Part shown: in pieces, positions 47,730 to 57,408 of the stretch | Layout of the letters: each line of letters opens with the position of its first letter | How positions within the stretch are numbered: the stretch's first letter is position 1 | Origin: an uncultured Acidobacteriota bacterium | Lineage (GTDB): Bacteria > Acidobacteriota > Terriglobia > Terriglobales > Acidobacteriaceae | Length of the DNA stretch: 64,000 bases | Direction: 5' to 3' | NCBI GenBank assembly: GCA_963763845.1 | Contig: CAVXPX010000021.1 | Coordinates: 183,281 to 247,280, forward strand | Made by a program: the position numbers and the translations under genes | The notes under the pieces: model-generated | What the model was told of the DNA's origin: nothing | The model's input: the letters and a program-made list of their open reading frames with translations, nothing else | Databases searched by the model: none

Positions 47730-49426
47730 CCACTTTTCGGCGTAATCGATTTTCCTTCCGTGCATTTATAAGCGCGGCCAGCGGCCAGATCTTTGTATTC
47801 CTCTGTGCGTCCACTCGGCCAATCGATGACGACGCGATCGATGCGGTCGCGCTTTTCGACTCCAAACGTAACCGGAAGCTCGGATTGCGACAGATAGCTG
47901 GAACCTCCTTTCACCATTCGAGTCTGCATCAGACCTCCTGCGAACACACGCACGCTCGCGCCGATCGCATCGCGGTTGGACTTGGTTCCGGCGAGATGAA
48001 AGCGGATGCTGCGATTTCCCGAGACTACGTCGTTGCGGTAAAGATAAGCGGGACCGTTGTTGCTAGTGATCAGAAGATCGAGATCGCCATCGCGGTCGAA
48101 ATCGGCATAGGCCAGGCCTCGTCCTACCTTCGGCTGATCGAAGCTGGCCCCTACGTCTGAGGCGACATCGTGAAACATTCCTTTTCCATTGTTCAGGAAA
48201 AGCTGCGGCGGTTGCGCGTAGCCGACGTTGCCGCGAATGTTGCGCACGGTCTCATCGATGTGCCCGTTGGTGACGGCGAAATCGAGCCAGCCGTCGAGAT
48301 TCACGTCGAGGAACGAGCAGCCGAAACCCAGGCTGTTGCGTGAGGCAAGTCCGACTCCCGATTGCGGCGCGATGTCTTCGAATGTCTTCCCGCTCTCGCG
48401 ATAGAGGCCAATCATTTCGTTATCGAAGTTGGTGATGCCGACACCGGGACTGCCGGAGTTATCGAAGTCCGCCACGTCGATGCCCATGCCGGCGCGCGCC
48501 CTGCCTTCGGTGCTGAAAGCGATGCCGGCCTCAACCGCCGCGTCCTTGAATGTTCCGTTGCGCTGATTGCGGTAGAGTTTGTTGGGCTGCGTGTCGTTGG
48601 CGACCATCAGGTCGAGCCAGCCGTCGTGGTTCTCATCGATCAACGCAACACCAAGGCTTTTGGAACTGCTATCGAAGATTCCGCTGGAGGCGGTGACATC
48701 TTCAAAAGTGCCGTTGCCGCGATTGTGGAAGAGCCAGCAGGTTTCACCGCGGTAGGCTTCCGGCGTGCAGTAAGACTTGTGCTTGCCATCGAGGCTGCAG
48801 AAGACATCGTGCTCGGGCGACCACTTGACGTAATTGCAGACGAAAAGATCGAGCAGGCCATCGCGATCGTAGTCGAACCAGACAGCTGACGTGCTGAATC
48901 CCTCCCGCTTTCCCAACCCGGCGGAATGGGTTACGTCCACAAAAGTCCCTTTGCCGGTATTGCGAAAGAGGCGGTTTTGTCCGACGCAAGTGATGAGAAT
49001 GTCGGGCCAGCCGTCGTTGTTGTAGTCGCCGACAGCCACGCCCATGCCGTACAGCTCAATGTCGAGGCCAGAGCGCGAGGTGACATCGCTAAATGTCCCA
49101 TCGCCGTTATTGTGATAGAGCCGAAGCGTCGTCCGGTTCTTTTTGTGGCCGGGCCAATCGGCTCCGTTGATGAGAAGGATGTCCTGCCAACCGTCCCCAT
49201 CGTAGTCGAGAAAGGCGCAGCCGGAGCCCATGGTTTCAGGAAGGAATTTGCCGCCAAAGGCTCCGCTATTGTGCTCGAAGTGAATGCCAGCCTGCGTGGA
49301 AACATCGGTGAATCGAAACCCGAGAGAGTCTGCGCGCCCACTCTGCGTCGACGGGGCATCGAAACGCGACAAGTACGGCCACGCAACCAGACCAGCCATA
49401 GATCCAAGGAAAGACCTGCGATTCAC
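47723..49426 (-). CDS. CRTAC1-family protein (FG-GAP/VCBS repeats + ASPIC/UnbV domain), Tat-type signal
   Basis: NRRSFLGS twin-arginine motif. Repeated DYDGDGW.D / DYNNDGW.D / DFD.DGDLD motifs. The GTG start overlaps the response-regulator stop (GTGA). Confidence 0.85.
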   Translation of the reverse strand: MNRRSFLGSMAGLVAWPYLSRFDAPSTQSGRADSLGFRFTDVSTQAGIHFEHNSGAFGGKFLPETMGSGCAFLDYDGDGWQDILLINGADWPGHKKNRTTLRLYHNNGDGTFSDVTSRSGLDIELYGMGVAVGDYNNDGWPDILITCVGQNRLFRNTGKGTFVDVTHSAGLGKREGFSTSAVWFDYDRDGLLDLFVCNYVKWSPEHDVFCSLDGKHKSYCTPEAYRGETCWLFHNRGNGTFEDVTASSGIFDSSSKSLGVALIDENHDGWLDLMVANDTQPNKLYRNQRNGTFKDAAVEAGIAFSTEGRARAGMGIDVADFDNSGSPGVGITNFDNEMIGLYRESGKTFEDIAPQSGVGLASRNSLGFGCSFLDVNLDGWLDFAVTNGHIDETVRNIRGNVGYAQPPQLFLNNGKGMFHDVASDVGASFDQPKVGRGLAYADFDRDGDLDLLITSNNGPAYLYRNDVVSGNRSIRFHLAGTKSNRDAIGASVRVFAGGLMQTRMVKGGSSYLSQSELPVTFGVEKRDRIDRVVIDWPSGRTEEYKDLAAGRAYKCTEGKSITPKSGY

Positions 49427-50052
49427 GGAACGTTCACCAGCCCGGCACGAATCGCGTAGACCACAAGCTCCGCGGTCTTGTGGATTCCCAGAGTATTCAT
49501 GATGTTGGCGCGGTGAACCGCAACCGTATTGGCGCTCAGATCGAGCGCGGTAGCGATTTCCTTGTTGGACTTGCCATCGACGATCATTTGCAGCACTTCC
49601 AGTTCGCGCTGCGTAAGCGCCGCGCTGCGTTCGCCCTTCAGGACCGAACGTTGTTCAACCTTGGGATCGAAGACGGTTTCTCCAGCGGCAATTTTGCGGA
49701 CGGCCGCGCCGAGTTCGAAATCGAGAGCGTCTTTGAGAACGTATCCCTTGGCGCCGGCTTCGATGGCCTGGCGAACCCATGTGCTCTCGGTGTGCATGCT
49801 GAGCATTAGAACGGCAGTCTGCGGAGAGTTTTCGATGATCTTGCGCGTGGCCTGCAGGCCGTTCATTCCGGGCAGGGCGCAATCCATCACGACCACCTGG
49901 GGATGCAGCTCTTTTGCCAGCCTGATGGATTCCTCTCCATCGCCGGCTTCGCCGATGACTTCCATATCGGGCTCGTCTTCCAACATGCGGCGGAAGCCGC
50001 GACGGACCAGGCTGTGATCATCCACGAGCAAGACTGTGATCTTCTTTTCCAT
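49423..50052 (-). CDS. NarL/FixJ-family response regulator (REC + LuxR HTH)
   Basis: VLLVDDH..VR, VVVMDCALPGMNG, LTQRELEVLQMIVDGKSNKEIA. Confidence 0.95.
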   Translation of the reverse strand: MEKKITVLLVDDHSLVRRGFRRMLEDEPDMEVIGEAGDGEESIRLAKELHPQVVVMDCALPGMNGLQATRKIIENSPQTAVLMLSMHTESTWVRQAIEAGAKGYVLKDALDFELGAAVRKIAAGETVFDPKVEQRSVLKGERSAALTQRELEVLQMIVDGKSNKEIATALDLSANTVAVHRANIMNTLGIHKTAELVVYAIRAGLVNVP

Positions 50053-51418
50053 AAGACTCCGCTTTCTCTCTCGGTACCGTCAGATGTACACGCGTGCCGC
50101 CATCGGGCGGACGTGAAAAAATAATCTGCCCGCCCATCAGCTCGGAGCGTTCCCGCATCGCTACCAGACCAATACCGCGGCGGCTGGGACGCTCCGGAAA
50201 CCCCGCGCCACGATCTTCAATTTCCAACTCCAGGCTGCTGGGCAGGAAACGCAGACGCACCCAAACCTGCTTTGCGTTGGAGTGCCGAGCTACGTTGTTG
50301 AGTGCTTCTTGCAGAATACGATAAATGTGCACACCGGCGGCGCCGTCTACGGCAAACGGCTCACCCTGCTTTTCATAGGATATGGCAATTCCGGTTTGTC
50401 TTTCCACCGTGGGGATGTACCAGTCGAGCGTGCTCTCGAGTCCGGCCTCGTCGAGCATGACCGGATGTAGAGCCTGCGAAAGGCTGCGAACCTTCTCGAG
50501 TGTCGTCTGCACCGTCACGAGGACTTCCTGCAGATCCGCCCTGAGCGAAGAGCCTTCGGGCGCGTGAGTTCCGGCGCGGCGCAGCATGGATCCGATCGCG
50601 GTGAGAATCTGGCCGAACTCATCGTGCAATTCGCGAGAGATGTAGCGAAGAGTCGACTCCTGCGTGGAAATCAGTTTCTGGGCAAGTTCGCTGCGGCGTG
50701 CGGAGATCTCTGCGAGTTGGGCGAAAAGCCGGCGGTTCCAGCGAATGAGAGAAAGTCCGTTCAGCAGGATCGCGAGCAGAGTGGCGCCAAGAAAAATGTA
50801 TACCTGGCGCTGCACCCGGTCGTAGATCTGGACAATGCGTTGTCCGGCCTGCTGCTCATTTTCGCTATTCTGCACGAGTTGGCGGGCGACGGCGGTGCTG
50901 AGAGCCGCCTGGCGCTCCTGCAACGAGAGCTGAATCTGTTCGCGAGCTTCTTTTTCGTGTCCATCGCGAGCCAGTGCGAAGACGCGGTCCACCGCATCCC
51001 AGAATTGAGTGAACGAGCTGCTGAGAAAAGCCTTCTGCTCGGGAGTACGGCTGGCCGCGGCAAATCCGGCTTCAAGGCGCATGGCATCGTCGAGGTCGGT
51101 CCGGATGCGCTGAAACTGGGCCGACCAGGCGGTAAGCGGATAGGGCTCATCGCTGCTCACCATGTCGCGCATGGCGACGGCGAGCAGGTTGAGATCATTC
51201 TGGATGCGGAGTAACTGCAGCGAATCCTTGCGATTCCGGTCGACAAGTTCCGTCTGCAGTTTACGAAGGCCGGTGACTTGCCAGGTGATATACGCCGAGT
51301 AGGCCACCACCGCCGACAAGGTTACGAGGAGTGCCAGCAGCAGGCCGAGGGTCGGCGAGCGCTCCTGAGAGACACGGGACACGCACCGAGCATACAACGC
51401 CGACACGGGGAATGTCAC
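50018..51418 (-). CDS. sensor histidine kinase (HisKA_3/NarX-DesK type) with 2 TM helices and a periplasmic helical sensor
   Basis: H-box SRELHDEFGQ and HATPase region NNVARHS ... DRGAGF ... GIGLVAMRER. GTG start. The 3' end overlaps the regulator gene by 35 nt. Confidence 0.9.
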   Translation of the reverse strand: MTFPVSALYARCVSRVSQERSPTLGLLLALLVTLSAVVAYSAYITWQVTGLRKLQTELVDRNRKDSLQLLRIQNDLNLLAVAMRDMVSSDEPYPLTAWSAQFQRIRTDLDDAMRLEAGFAAASRTPEQKAFLSSSFTQFWDAVDRVFALARDGHEKEAREQIQLSLQERQAALSTAVARQLVQNSENEQQAGQRIVQIYDRVQRQVYIFLGATLLAILLNGLSLIRWNRRLFAQLAEISARRSELAQKLISTQESTLRYISRELHDEFGQILTAIGSMLRRAGTHAPEGSSLRADLQEVLVTVQTTLEKVRSLSQALHPVMLDEAGLESTLDWYIPTVERQTGIAISYEKQGEPFAVDGAAGVHIYRILQEALNNVARHSNAKQVWVRLRFLPSSLELEIEDRGAGFPERPSRRGIGLVAMRERSELMGGQIIFSRPPDGGTRVHLTVPREKAESYGKEDHSLARG

Positions 51419-51507
51419 AGGTTAAGAGGTCCGGCGCCCCGGTCCAAGATGTGTGACAATGCAATATTACTGAAGCCAAGCCGGGCTTCCCGGAGTCCAA
51501 CAGGAGA

Positions 51508-53400
51508 TTGAGTCCTCAAGCCAAAGAAGTCCCGAAGCCTCCGAAGATCCAGAGATTGAAGGCGGTTCTCCCGGAGGTCTGGAAGCTGATGCGCCCGCGC
51601 CGTGGCCTGCTCGTGGCCGGGTTCGTCCTGATGGTGATCAATAAGATCGCCGGCTTCGTGCTGCCGTATTCCTCGCGATACCTCATCGACAATGTGGTTA
51701 CGAAGCACCAGACGTGGATACTCCGGCCACTGGTGTTTTCCGTTCTAATTGCGACGCTCGTTCAAGGTGTGACTTCGTTTTCCTTGACGCAGCTGTTATC
51801 GAAGGCGGCGCAACGCTTGATTGCCGAACTGCGCGAAGAGGTGCAGAAGCACATCTCACGCTTGCCCGTTTCTTTCTACGATGCAAATAAGACCGGGGCT
51901 CTGGTTTCGCGGATTATGAGCGACGTGGAAGGCGTGCGAAATCTGCTGGGGACGGGGCTGGTCGACTTTTCGGGCGGGATTGTAGCGGCTGGGATTGCGC
52001 TTTTTCTGCTGTTGCGCACGAGCGTCCCACTCACCCTGATCGCCATAGGCTCCCTGGGCTGCTTTGCCGCCGTGCTAAACCGGGCGTTTGGGACGATCCG
52101 GCCCATCTTCCGCGAAAGAGGAAAGATCAATGCCGACGTCACCGGGCGCCTGACGGAGTCGCTTGGCGGCGTGCGGGTCGTAAAGGGCTATCACGCGGAG
52201 GAGCGCGAAGAAGGCGTTTTTGCCACCGGAGTGCGCCGTCTGCTCGATAACGTTATGCGGACGCTGACGGCGACCTCGCTGATGAGCTTGTCGGCGAGCC
52301 TTCTGCTCGGCCTGGTCGGAGCAGCCACAATGTACGTCGGCGGGCACCAGATGATTGGGCATACGCTGACGCCCGGTGGTTACATTTCGTACAACCTGTA
52401 TCTCGTATTCCTGGTCGCACCCATCCTGCAGGTCGTTTCGATTGGAACTCAAATCACGGAAGCGCTTGCTGGGCTGGAGCGAACGCAGGAAATCATGGCG
52501 GAGCGTCCTGAGGATCAGGATCCGCGCAGATCAGTAAAGCTTGAAGATATCGTTGGCCTCGTCGAGTTCGAGAATGTCAGCTTCACTTACGACGGATCGC
52601 ACGAGGTACTGCACGACCTTTCATTCCGCTCGCAGCCGGGCACGGTGACCGCGCTTGTCGGGTCGTCGGGGTCGGGAAAGTCAACCACGATCGGATTGAT
52701 TTCGGCGTTCTACATACCGACGCAGGGAATCATCCGCGTCGACGACGTCGATCTCAGCACGGTACGGCTGGACTCGTTTCGGACGCGGCTCGGCGTGGTG
52801 CTGCAGGAGTCGTTCCTGTTTGACGGGACGATCCGCGAGAACGTGGCGTTCTCGCGCCCGGAAGCGAGCCAAGAAGAGATCATGCGCGCCTGTCGGATTG
52901 CCCGCGTCGACGAGTTCGCCGAATTGTTTGCGGAAAAGTACGATACGGTTGTCGGTGAGCGCGGCGTGAAACTTTCTGGCGGGCAACGGCAGCGCATCTC
53001 GATTGCGCGTGCCATCCTCGCCGAGCCCCGCATTCTGATTCTGGACGAGGCAACGTCGAGCCTCGACTCCGAATCCGAACAAATGATCCAGCAAGGATTG
53101 GCGTACTTAATGCAGGGCCGGACAACTTTCGTGATCGCACACCGGCTGTCGACCATCCGCAGGGCCGATCAGATTATGGTCATGGAACAAGGAAGAATCG
53201 TGGAGCGCGGAACGCACGCCCAGCTCTATGCGGCCCGCGGACGGTATTACGACTTGTATACGCGGCAGCATGGGGTGGAAGAGAACCTTTTCCTTGCGCC
53301 GGGCGAGGGCGACGCCGTCTTGGCCAACGGCAATGGCGTCAAGGGTACCGCGGTCAAAGAGGGCGATGCCATGCAAGTTTTGCGGGGAGAAATCCGCTGA
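51508..53400 (+). CDS. ABC exporter, fused permease/ATPase (MsbA/multidrug type)
   Basis: 6-TM domain, then GSSGSGKST, LSGGQRQRISIARA and ILILDEATSSLD. TTG start at 51508 is uncertain. Confidence 0.9.
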   Translation: MSPQAKEVPKPPKIQRLKAVLPEVWKLMRPRRGLLVAGFVLMVINKIAGFVLPYSSRYLIDNVVTKHQTWILRPLVFSVLIATLVQGVTSFSLTQLLSKAAQRLIAELREEVQKHISRLPVSFYDANKTGALVSRIMSDVEGVRNLLGTGLVDFSGGIVAAGIALFLLLRTSVPLTLIAIGSLGCFAAVLNRAFGTIRPIFRERGKINADVTGRLTESLGGVRVVKGYHAEEREEGVFATGVRRLLDNVMRTLTATSLMSLSASLLLGLVGAATMYVGGHQMIGHTLTPGGYISYNLYLVFLVAPILQVVSIGTQITEALAGLERTQEIMAERPEDQDPRRSVKLEDIVGLVEFENVSFTYDGSHEVLHDLSFRSQPGTVTALVGSSGSGKSTTIGLISAFYIPTQGIIRVDDVDLSTVRLDSFRTRLGVVLQESFLFDGTIRENVAFSRPEASQEEIMRACRIARVDEFAELFAEKYDTVVGERGVKLSGGQRQRISIARAILAEPRILILDEATSSLDSESEQMIQQGLAYLMQGRTTFVIAHRLSTIRRADQIMVMEQGRIVERGTHAQLYAARGRYYDLYTRQHGVEENLFLAPGEGDAVLANGNGVKGTAVKEGDAMQVLRGEIR

Positions 53401-54155
53401 TGCCGGCCACGACAGCGTCCATGGTTAGTGCAGCGCTCGGCACAGTCGCGATCCGCAGCGAGAATCTATGCCGTCATTACCGCATGGGCGAAACGGTCAT
53501 TCGCGCGGTAGACGGTGTCTCCATTGAGGTCGCCTCCGGCGAATTTGTAGCGCTGCTCGGCAGTTCCGGGTCCGGGAAATCGTCGATGCTGAATCTGATC
53601 GCGGGATTGGACCGGCCGACCTCCGGAAGCGTGATCGTGCAGGATCGCGATCTCGCCAAGCTTTCCCGCGAAGAATTGGCCAAATACCGCTTGCATGTAG
53701 TCGGAATGGTCTTCCAGTCTTTCAATCTGATCGCGAGCATGACTATGGCAGAGAATGTGGAACTGCCGCTGCGTTTTGCCGAAATCGAGCGGAGCCAGCG
53801 CGACACTCTGTCGCACCAGGCATTGGAGCGCGTGGGATTGCTGGCGCGGCTTCATCACCGCCCCAGCGAGCTTTCCGGCGGCGAACAGCAGCGGGCTGCG
53901 CTGGCGCGGGCATTGATCAATCGTCCGAAGCTTCTACTCGCCGACGAGCCGACCGGAAATCTGGACAGCCACACGGGCACCGAAATTATGAATATGCTTG
54001 CCGAATTCAACCGCGAACTCGGCATGACCGTCGTCATGGTGACGCACGAACGCGCTCTGGCTGAGCGCTATGCCCAGAGAATGATTTTCCTGGCGGATGG
54101 AAAACTGGTGGACGATCGGCCGAACCTGCAGGTGAGTTCCGGAGGCCAGGCGTGA
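53400..54155 (+). CDS. ABC transporter ATP-binding protein (MacB/LolD type)
   Basis: GSSGSGKSS, LSGGEQQRAALARA and LLLADEPTGNLD. The ATG overlaps the preceding stop (TGATG). Confidence 0.95.
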   Translation: MPATTASMVSAALGTVAIRSENLCRHYRMGETVIRAVDGVSIEVASGEFVALLGSSGSGKSSMLNLIAGLDRPTSGSVIVQDRDLAKLSREELAKYRLHVVGMVFQSFNLIASMTMAENVELPLRFAEIERSQRDTLSHQALERVGLLARLHHRPSELSGGEQQRAALARALINRPKLLLADEPTGNLDSHTGTEIMNMLAEFNRELGMTVVMVTHERALAERYAQRMIFLADGKLVDDRPNLQVSSGGQA

Positions 54156-55555
54156 AGATTCCTGATCTCACCGAACTCGCGCTGCGGAATCTGCGGGAAT
54201 CGCTGCTCAGAAATTCTCTGACGACCGTGGGAATCTCAGTCGGCGTTGCTTCTCTCGTGGCAATGCTTTCGCTGGGCACGGGGCTGCAGCAATTATTTTC
54301 GCGGCGGCTGGAAAAATCAGGACTGTTCGACACCATCTACGTCTCCTCGCGGCGCGAGATGCGCATGGGACGAGCGGAGGAACGGGCCGGTCCGAATCCG
54401 GCGGAGAGCCCGGTCCTTGATGAGCCGGCGCGGCGGGAGATGGAACGCCTTCCAAACGTGAGCGAAGCTTATCCCGATATTCGATTCGCGACTGAGCTGC
54501 AGTTCAACGACAAGCCTCACCTATCGATGGTCTCCGCGCTCCCGCTGTCCGCCAAGTCCAACGATGCGTTCGAGGGAATGCAGGGCAGCTTCTTCAGCTC
54601 GGATTCTGCGCCGGAAGCGATCTTACAGAAATCATTCGCAGAGGAACTTCTGGGCAAAACTCCTCCATTGGGATCTCCCGAGCCGAGCGTGGCAGAATTG
54701 GCAAAGCCTCTGCTCGGGAAATACTTGACGATGAGCTATGCGCAGCGGAAGTCAACTTCCGCCCCGCTGCAGACTCCTCAAAAAAGCGTGAACCCCATCG
54801 ATAGCGAGCTTGCCGCAGCCTCCTATTCCGTGATTTCCCGCGAGCAGAAATTAAAGATTGTCGGTATTGCGGACCTCGATCCCGAAAGCATGCGCGGGCC
54901 AACTCGCGCCAAAGTGTTTCTCCCCTTGAAACTCGCGGAGAGCCTTCACGTGATGCAGCCCACGGACCTCCGCGAGATTGCTCGCGGCGGGAATGACCAG
55001 GAGGTTTATTCCTCCATCAGCGTGCGCGTGAACAATCCGGCGGAGATTAAGGGGGTCGAGGATTCGATCAAGAAGATGGGGTTCACCACATTCTCCATTC
55101 TCGACGCGAGCCAGAGCTTGCAAAAAGTTTTCAAGGTCTTGTACGCGTTCTTGGGCATTTTTGGCAGCCTGGCTTTGGCGGTTGCGTCCATTGGGATCGT
55201 CAACACGCTGGTCATGGCAATCCTTGAACGGCGGCGGGAAATTGGGATCATGAAAGCGATTGGCGCCAGCGACGGCGATGTGAAGAGACTCTTCTTCGCG
55301 GAGGCCGGCGCCATGGGCATTGTCGGCGGCGTCATTGGAGTCGTTCTCGGCTGGGCCATCGGACAAGTCATCAACTTCGGCACGAATATCTGGCTCAAGA
55401 GTCAGTCCATTCCGCCGGAACATTTTTGGGCCGTGCCTTTATGGCTGGTGCTCTTCGCGATTATCTTTGCCTTCATCGTCAGCCTGGTTTCTGGCCTATA
55501 TCCTGCGGGGCGCGCGGCGAAGCTTGATCCCGTACAGGCGTTGCGCTACGAATAG
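54152..55555 (+). CDS. ABC transporter permease, FtsX/MacB type with large extracytoplasmic domain
   Basis: TM1, then a loop of about 270 aa, then a 3-TM FtsX domain (EIGIMKAIGAS). The GTG overlaps the ATPase stop (GTGA). Confidence 0.9.
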   Translation: MKIPDLTELALRNLRESLLRNSLTTVGISVGVASLVAMLSLGTGLQQLFSRRLEKSGLFDTIYVSSRREMRMGRAEERAGPNPAESPVLDEPARREMERLPNVSEAYPDIRFATELQFNDKPHLSMVSALPLSAKSNDAFEGMQGSFFSSDSAPEAILQKSFAEELLGKTPPLGSPEPSVAELAKPLLGKYLTMSYAQRKSTSAPLQTPQKSVNPIDSELAAASYSVISREQKLKIVGIADLDPESMRGPTRAKVFLPLKLAESLHVMQPTDLREIARGGNDQEVYSSISVRVNNPAEIKGVEDSIKKMGFTTFSILDASQSLQKVFKVLYAFLGIFGSLALAVASIGIVNTLVMAILERRREIGIMKAIGASDGDVKRLFFAEAGAMGIVGGVIGVVLGWAIGQVINFGTNIWLKSQSIPPEHFWAVPLWLVLFAIIFAFIVSLVSGLYPAGRAAKLDPVQALRYE

Positions 55556-55565
55556 ATTCTTCAGC

Positions 55566-56477
55566 ATGATCTCTCCTCATTCGTTTTCCCGCTGGATTTT
55601 GTTCTTCTGCATCTTGATTTTGGGTGAAACCGTGTCTGCGCAGAGCCGCATTGACTGCAGCGCGCTCCACAGCCGCATCCTGAAGCAGGTTGTTCGTTAC
55701 TGCGTCTATCTGCCATCAGGCTACGACGTTGCCGCGGCCCACAAACAGGCGCGACGTTATCCGGTTCTGTATTTTCTGCATGGCCTCGGCGATAACGAGC
55801 AGACGCTGTTCAACAGCGGCGGCTGGACGTTGCTCGACGATCTGCGAAAACAGCACATGATCGGCGATTTCCTGATCGTTGCTCCCGAAGGCAGGCGCAG
55901 CTTCTTCATCAATTCCGCCAATGGCAAGCTGCGCTACAGCGATTTCTTTCTGCGCGAATTTATGCCCCATGTCGAAGGCAAGTACCGGATTCGCCCCGGA
56001 CGAGCGCATCGCGCCATCAGCGGAATTTCGATGGGAGGTTACGGAGCGCTGCGCTTCGCATTTGCGTATCCGGAATTATTCTCGGCCGTCAGCGCGCAGA
56101 GCGCTGCGCTGATGACCGCGTCGCCGCGCGAGATCGATGCGGCCTCGAAAAGCGGAACCCCGTTATTGGGCGTCCTGGGCCCAGTTTTTGGAATGCCCAT
56201 CAATGTGCAGCATTGGAATGAGAACAATCCTCTGGTGCTGGCAAAGAAGAATGCTGTGGCCCTTCGCAAGATGGCGATTTATTTCAATTGCGGCCAGAAC
56301 GACAATTACGGCTTCGAAAAGGGTGCGGCGGAGTTACACCAGGAATTGCTGCGCGAACATGTGAAGCATGAGTACCACGCTTATCCCGGCGATCACAGCA
56401 TTACCTATTTCCTCTCGCATTTCGAGGAAGTGATGGAGTTCCATTCCAAAGCGTTTGGCCTGTTGCCGCAGCACTGA
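55566..56477 (+). CDS. secreted alpha/beta hydrolase, esterase D / enterochelin-esterase-like family
   Basis: Signal peptide ..ILILGETVSAQ. YPVLYFLHGLGDNE. Nucleophile elbow GISMGGYGA. Confidence 0.8.
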   Translation: MISPHSFSRWILFFCILILGETVSAQSRIDCSALHSRILKQVVRYCVYLPSGYDVAAAHKQARRYPVLYFLHGLGDNEQTLFNSGGWTLLDDLRKQHMIGDFLIVAPEGRRSFFINSANGKLRYSDFFLREFMPHVEGKYRIRPGRAHRAISGISMGGYGALRFAFAYPELFSAVSAQSAALMTASPREIDAASKSGTPLLGVLGPVFGMPINVQHWNENNPLVLAKKNAVALRKMAIYFNCGQNDNYGFEKGAAELHQELLREHVKHEYHAYPGDHSITYFLSHFEEVMEFHSKAFGLLPQH

Positions 56478-56578
56478 GATTGCTTCCTCGTGATGTAAAC
56501 TAACCGGAAGCGACTGGGTGTGTTTTGGCCCGATATTCGCGTGCGGTTCGAAAGTGCGCGAGCGCAAATGAACTTCCC

Positions 56579-56668
56579 GGAGAGGTGGCCGAGTGGTTGA
56601 TGGCTCCGGTCTTGAAAACCGGCGTACCCGAAAGGGTACCGGGGGTTCGAATCCCTCCCTCTCCGCCA
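56579..56668 (+). tRNA. tRNA-Ser (anticodon UGA)
   Basis: Hand fold: acceptor GGAGAGG/CCTCTCC, anticodon arm CCGGT-CTTGAAA-ACCGG, long variable arm GTACCC/GGGTAC, T arm GGGGG-TTCGAAT-CCCTC, discriminator G, encoded CCA. Confidence 0.95.
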
Positions 56669-56842
56669 GTTAAACAATTTAGCTGCAATTACCAACGTTA
56701 CGTCCGCTTTTTACTATTCGCTTTACTTTTCTCTCCCGTGCGATATCGTTCGACCCAGTATTAGCCGGGAAGGGGCCGAACGTGGCGAACAGAACCACGG
56801 AGGAGCTTCTCCACACATGGCGAGAAAGAAGCACACCCGACC

Positions 56843-56971
56843 GAGATGCAGGCCCAACTCGGACACAGCGACATTCGTACCACCCTGGACATCTATACGC
56901 AGTTTACAGACCCGGAGGTGGCGAAGATGGTGAACCAAGTCACAAACCGCATCCTGGGCTTGGATGGGTAG
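56843..56971 (+). pseudogene. 3' fragment of a tyrosine recombinase (phage-type integrase)
   Basis: Reads EMQAQLGHSDIRTTLDIYTQFTDPEVAKMVNQVTNRILGLDG-stop. LGHSxIxTTxxYT is the integrase C-terminal box carrying the catalytic Tyr. No upstream catalytic domain is present. Confidence 0.7.
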
Positions 56972-57059
56972 GCTGAACCGGGCTCAATTCAGTGAGATGG
57001 GCGGAGAAATTCGAAGCCAACAACTTCCCTGATAAAATAAAAATGAAACTGGTGGGCGC

Positions 57060-57148
57060 GGAGAGATGGCCGAGTGGCTGAAGGCGCCGCGCCTCGAAAG
57101 CGTGTATACCTTTACGGGTATCGGGGATTCGAATCCCTCTCTCTGCCA
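57060..57148 (+). tRNA. tRNA-Ser (anticodon CGA), with non-canonical features in my hand fold
   Basis: Acceptor GGAGAGA, anticodon arm CGCGC-CTCGAAA-GCGTG, variable arm ATACC/GGTAT. Three irregularities: an extra nt between the D and anticodon stems, an A where G53 is expected (GGGGA-TTCGAAT), and a 3' strand (..CCCTCTCTCTGCCA) 2 nt shorter than in the first gene. Confidence 0.7.
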
Positions 57149-57408
57149 GCATTCTTAACACCCATCATCAAAATGCTTCGGCCAATATCCACCTCGGCCA
57201 TGCGAAGCCGCGCAGCGTCAGCCAATCATTAACGGTTCTAGGATGGCAAAGCATCCCGTAGACTGACCGTAACTCCGGATTAACACTTCAAAGAATCCAG
57301 AACCTGTGGCGAAGAAATAGCGCAAGCTTGCGAGAACGCCTGTTAACAGAAATTGACCGCAGGCGCGTTGCTGGTAAGTCCCGTCCTGAAGCGCTATTCT
57401 TCTGTGCA

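Noticed and set aside
56405-57161. Several 60-100-aa ORFs overlapping the two tRNA genes on both strands
   Set aside because: They overlap structural RNA genes. There is no coding signal apart from the short integrase stub reported separately.
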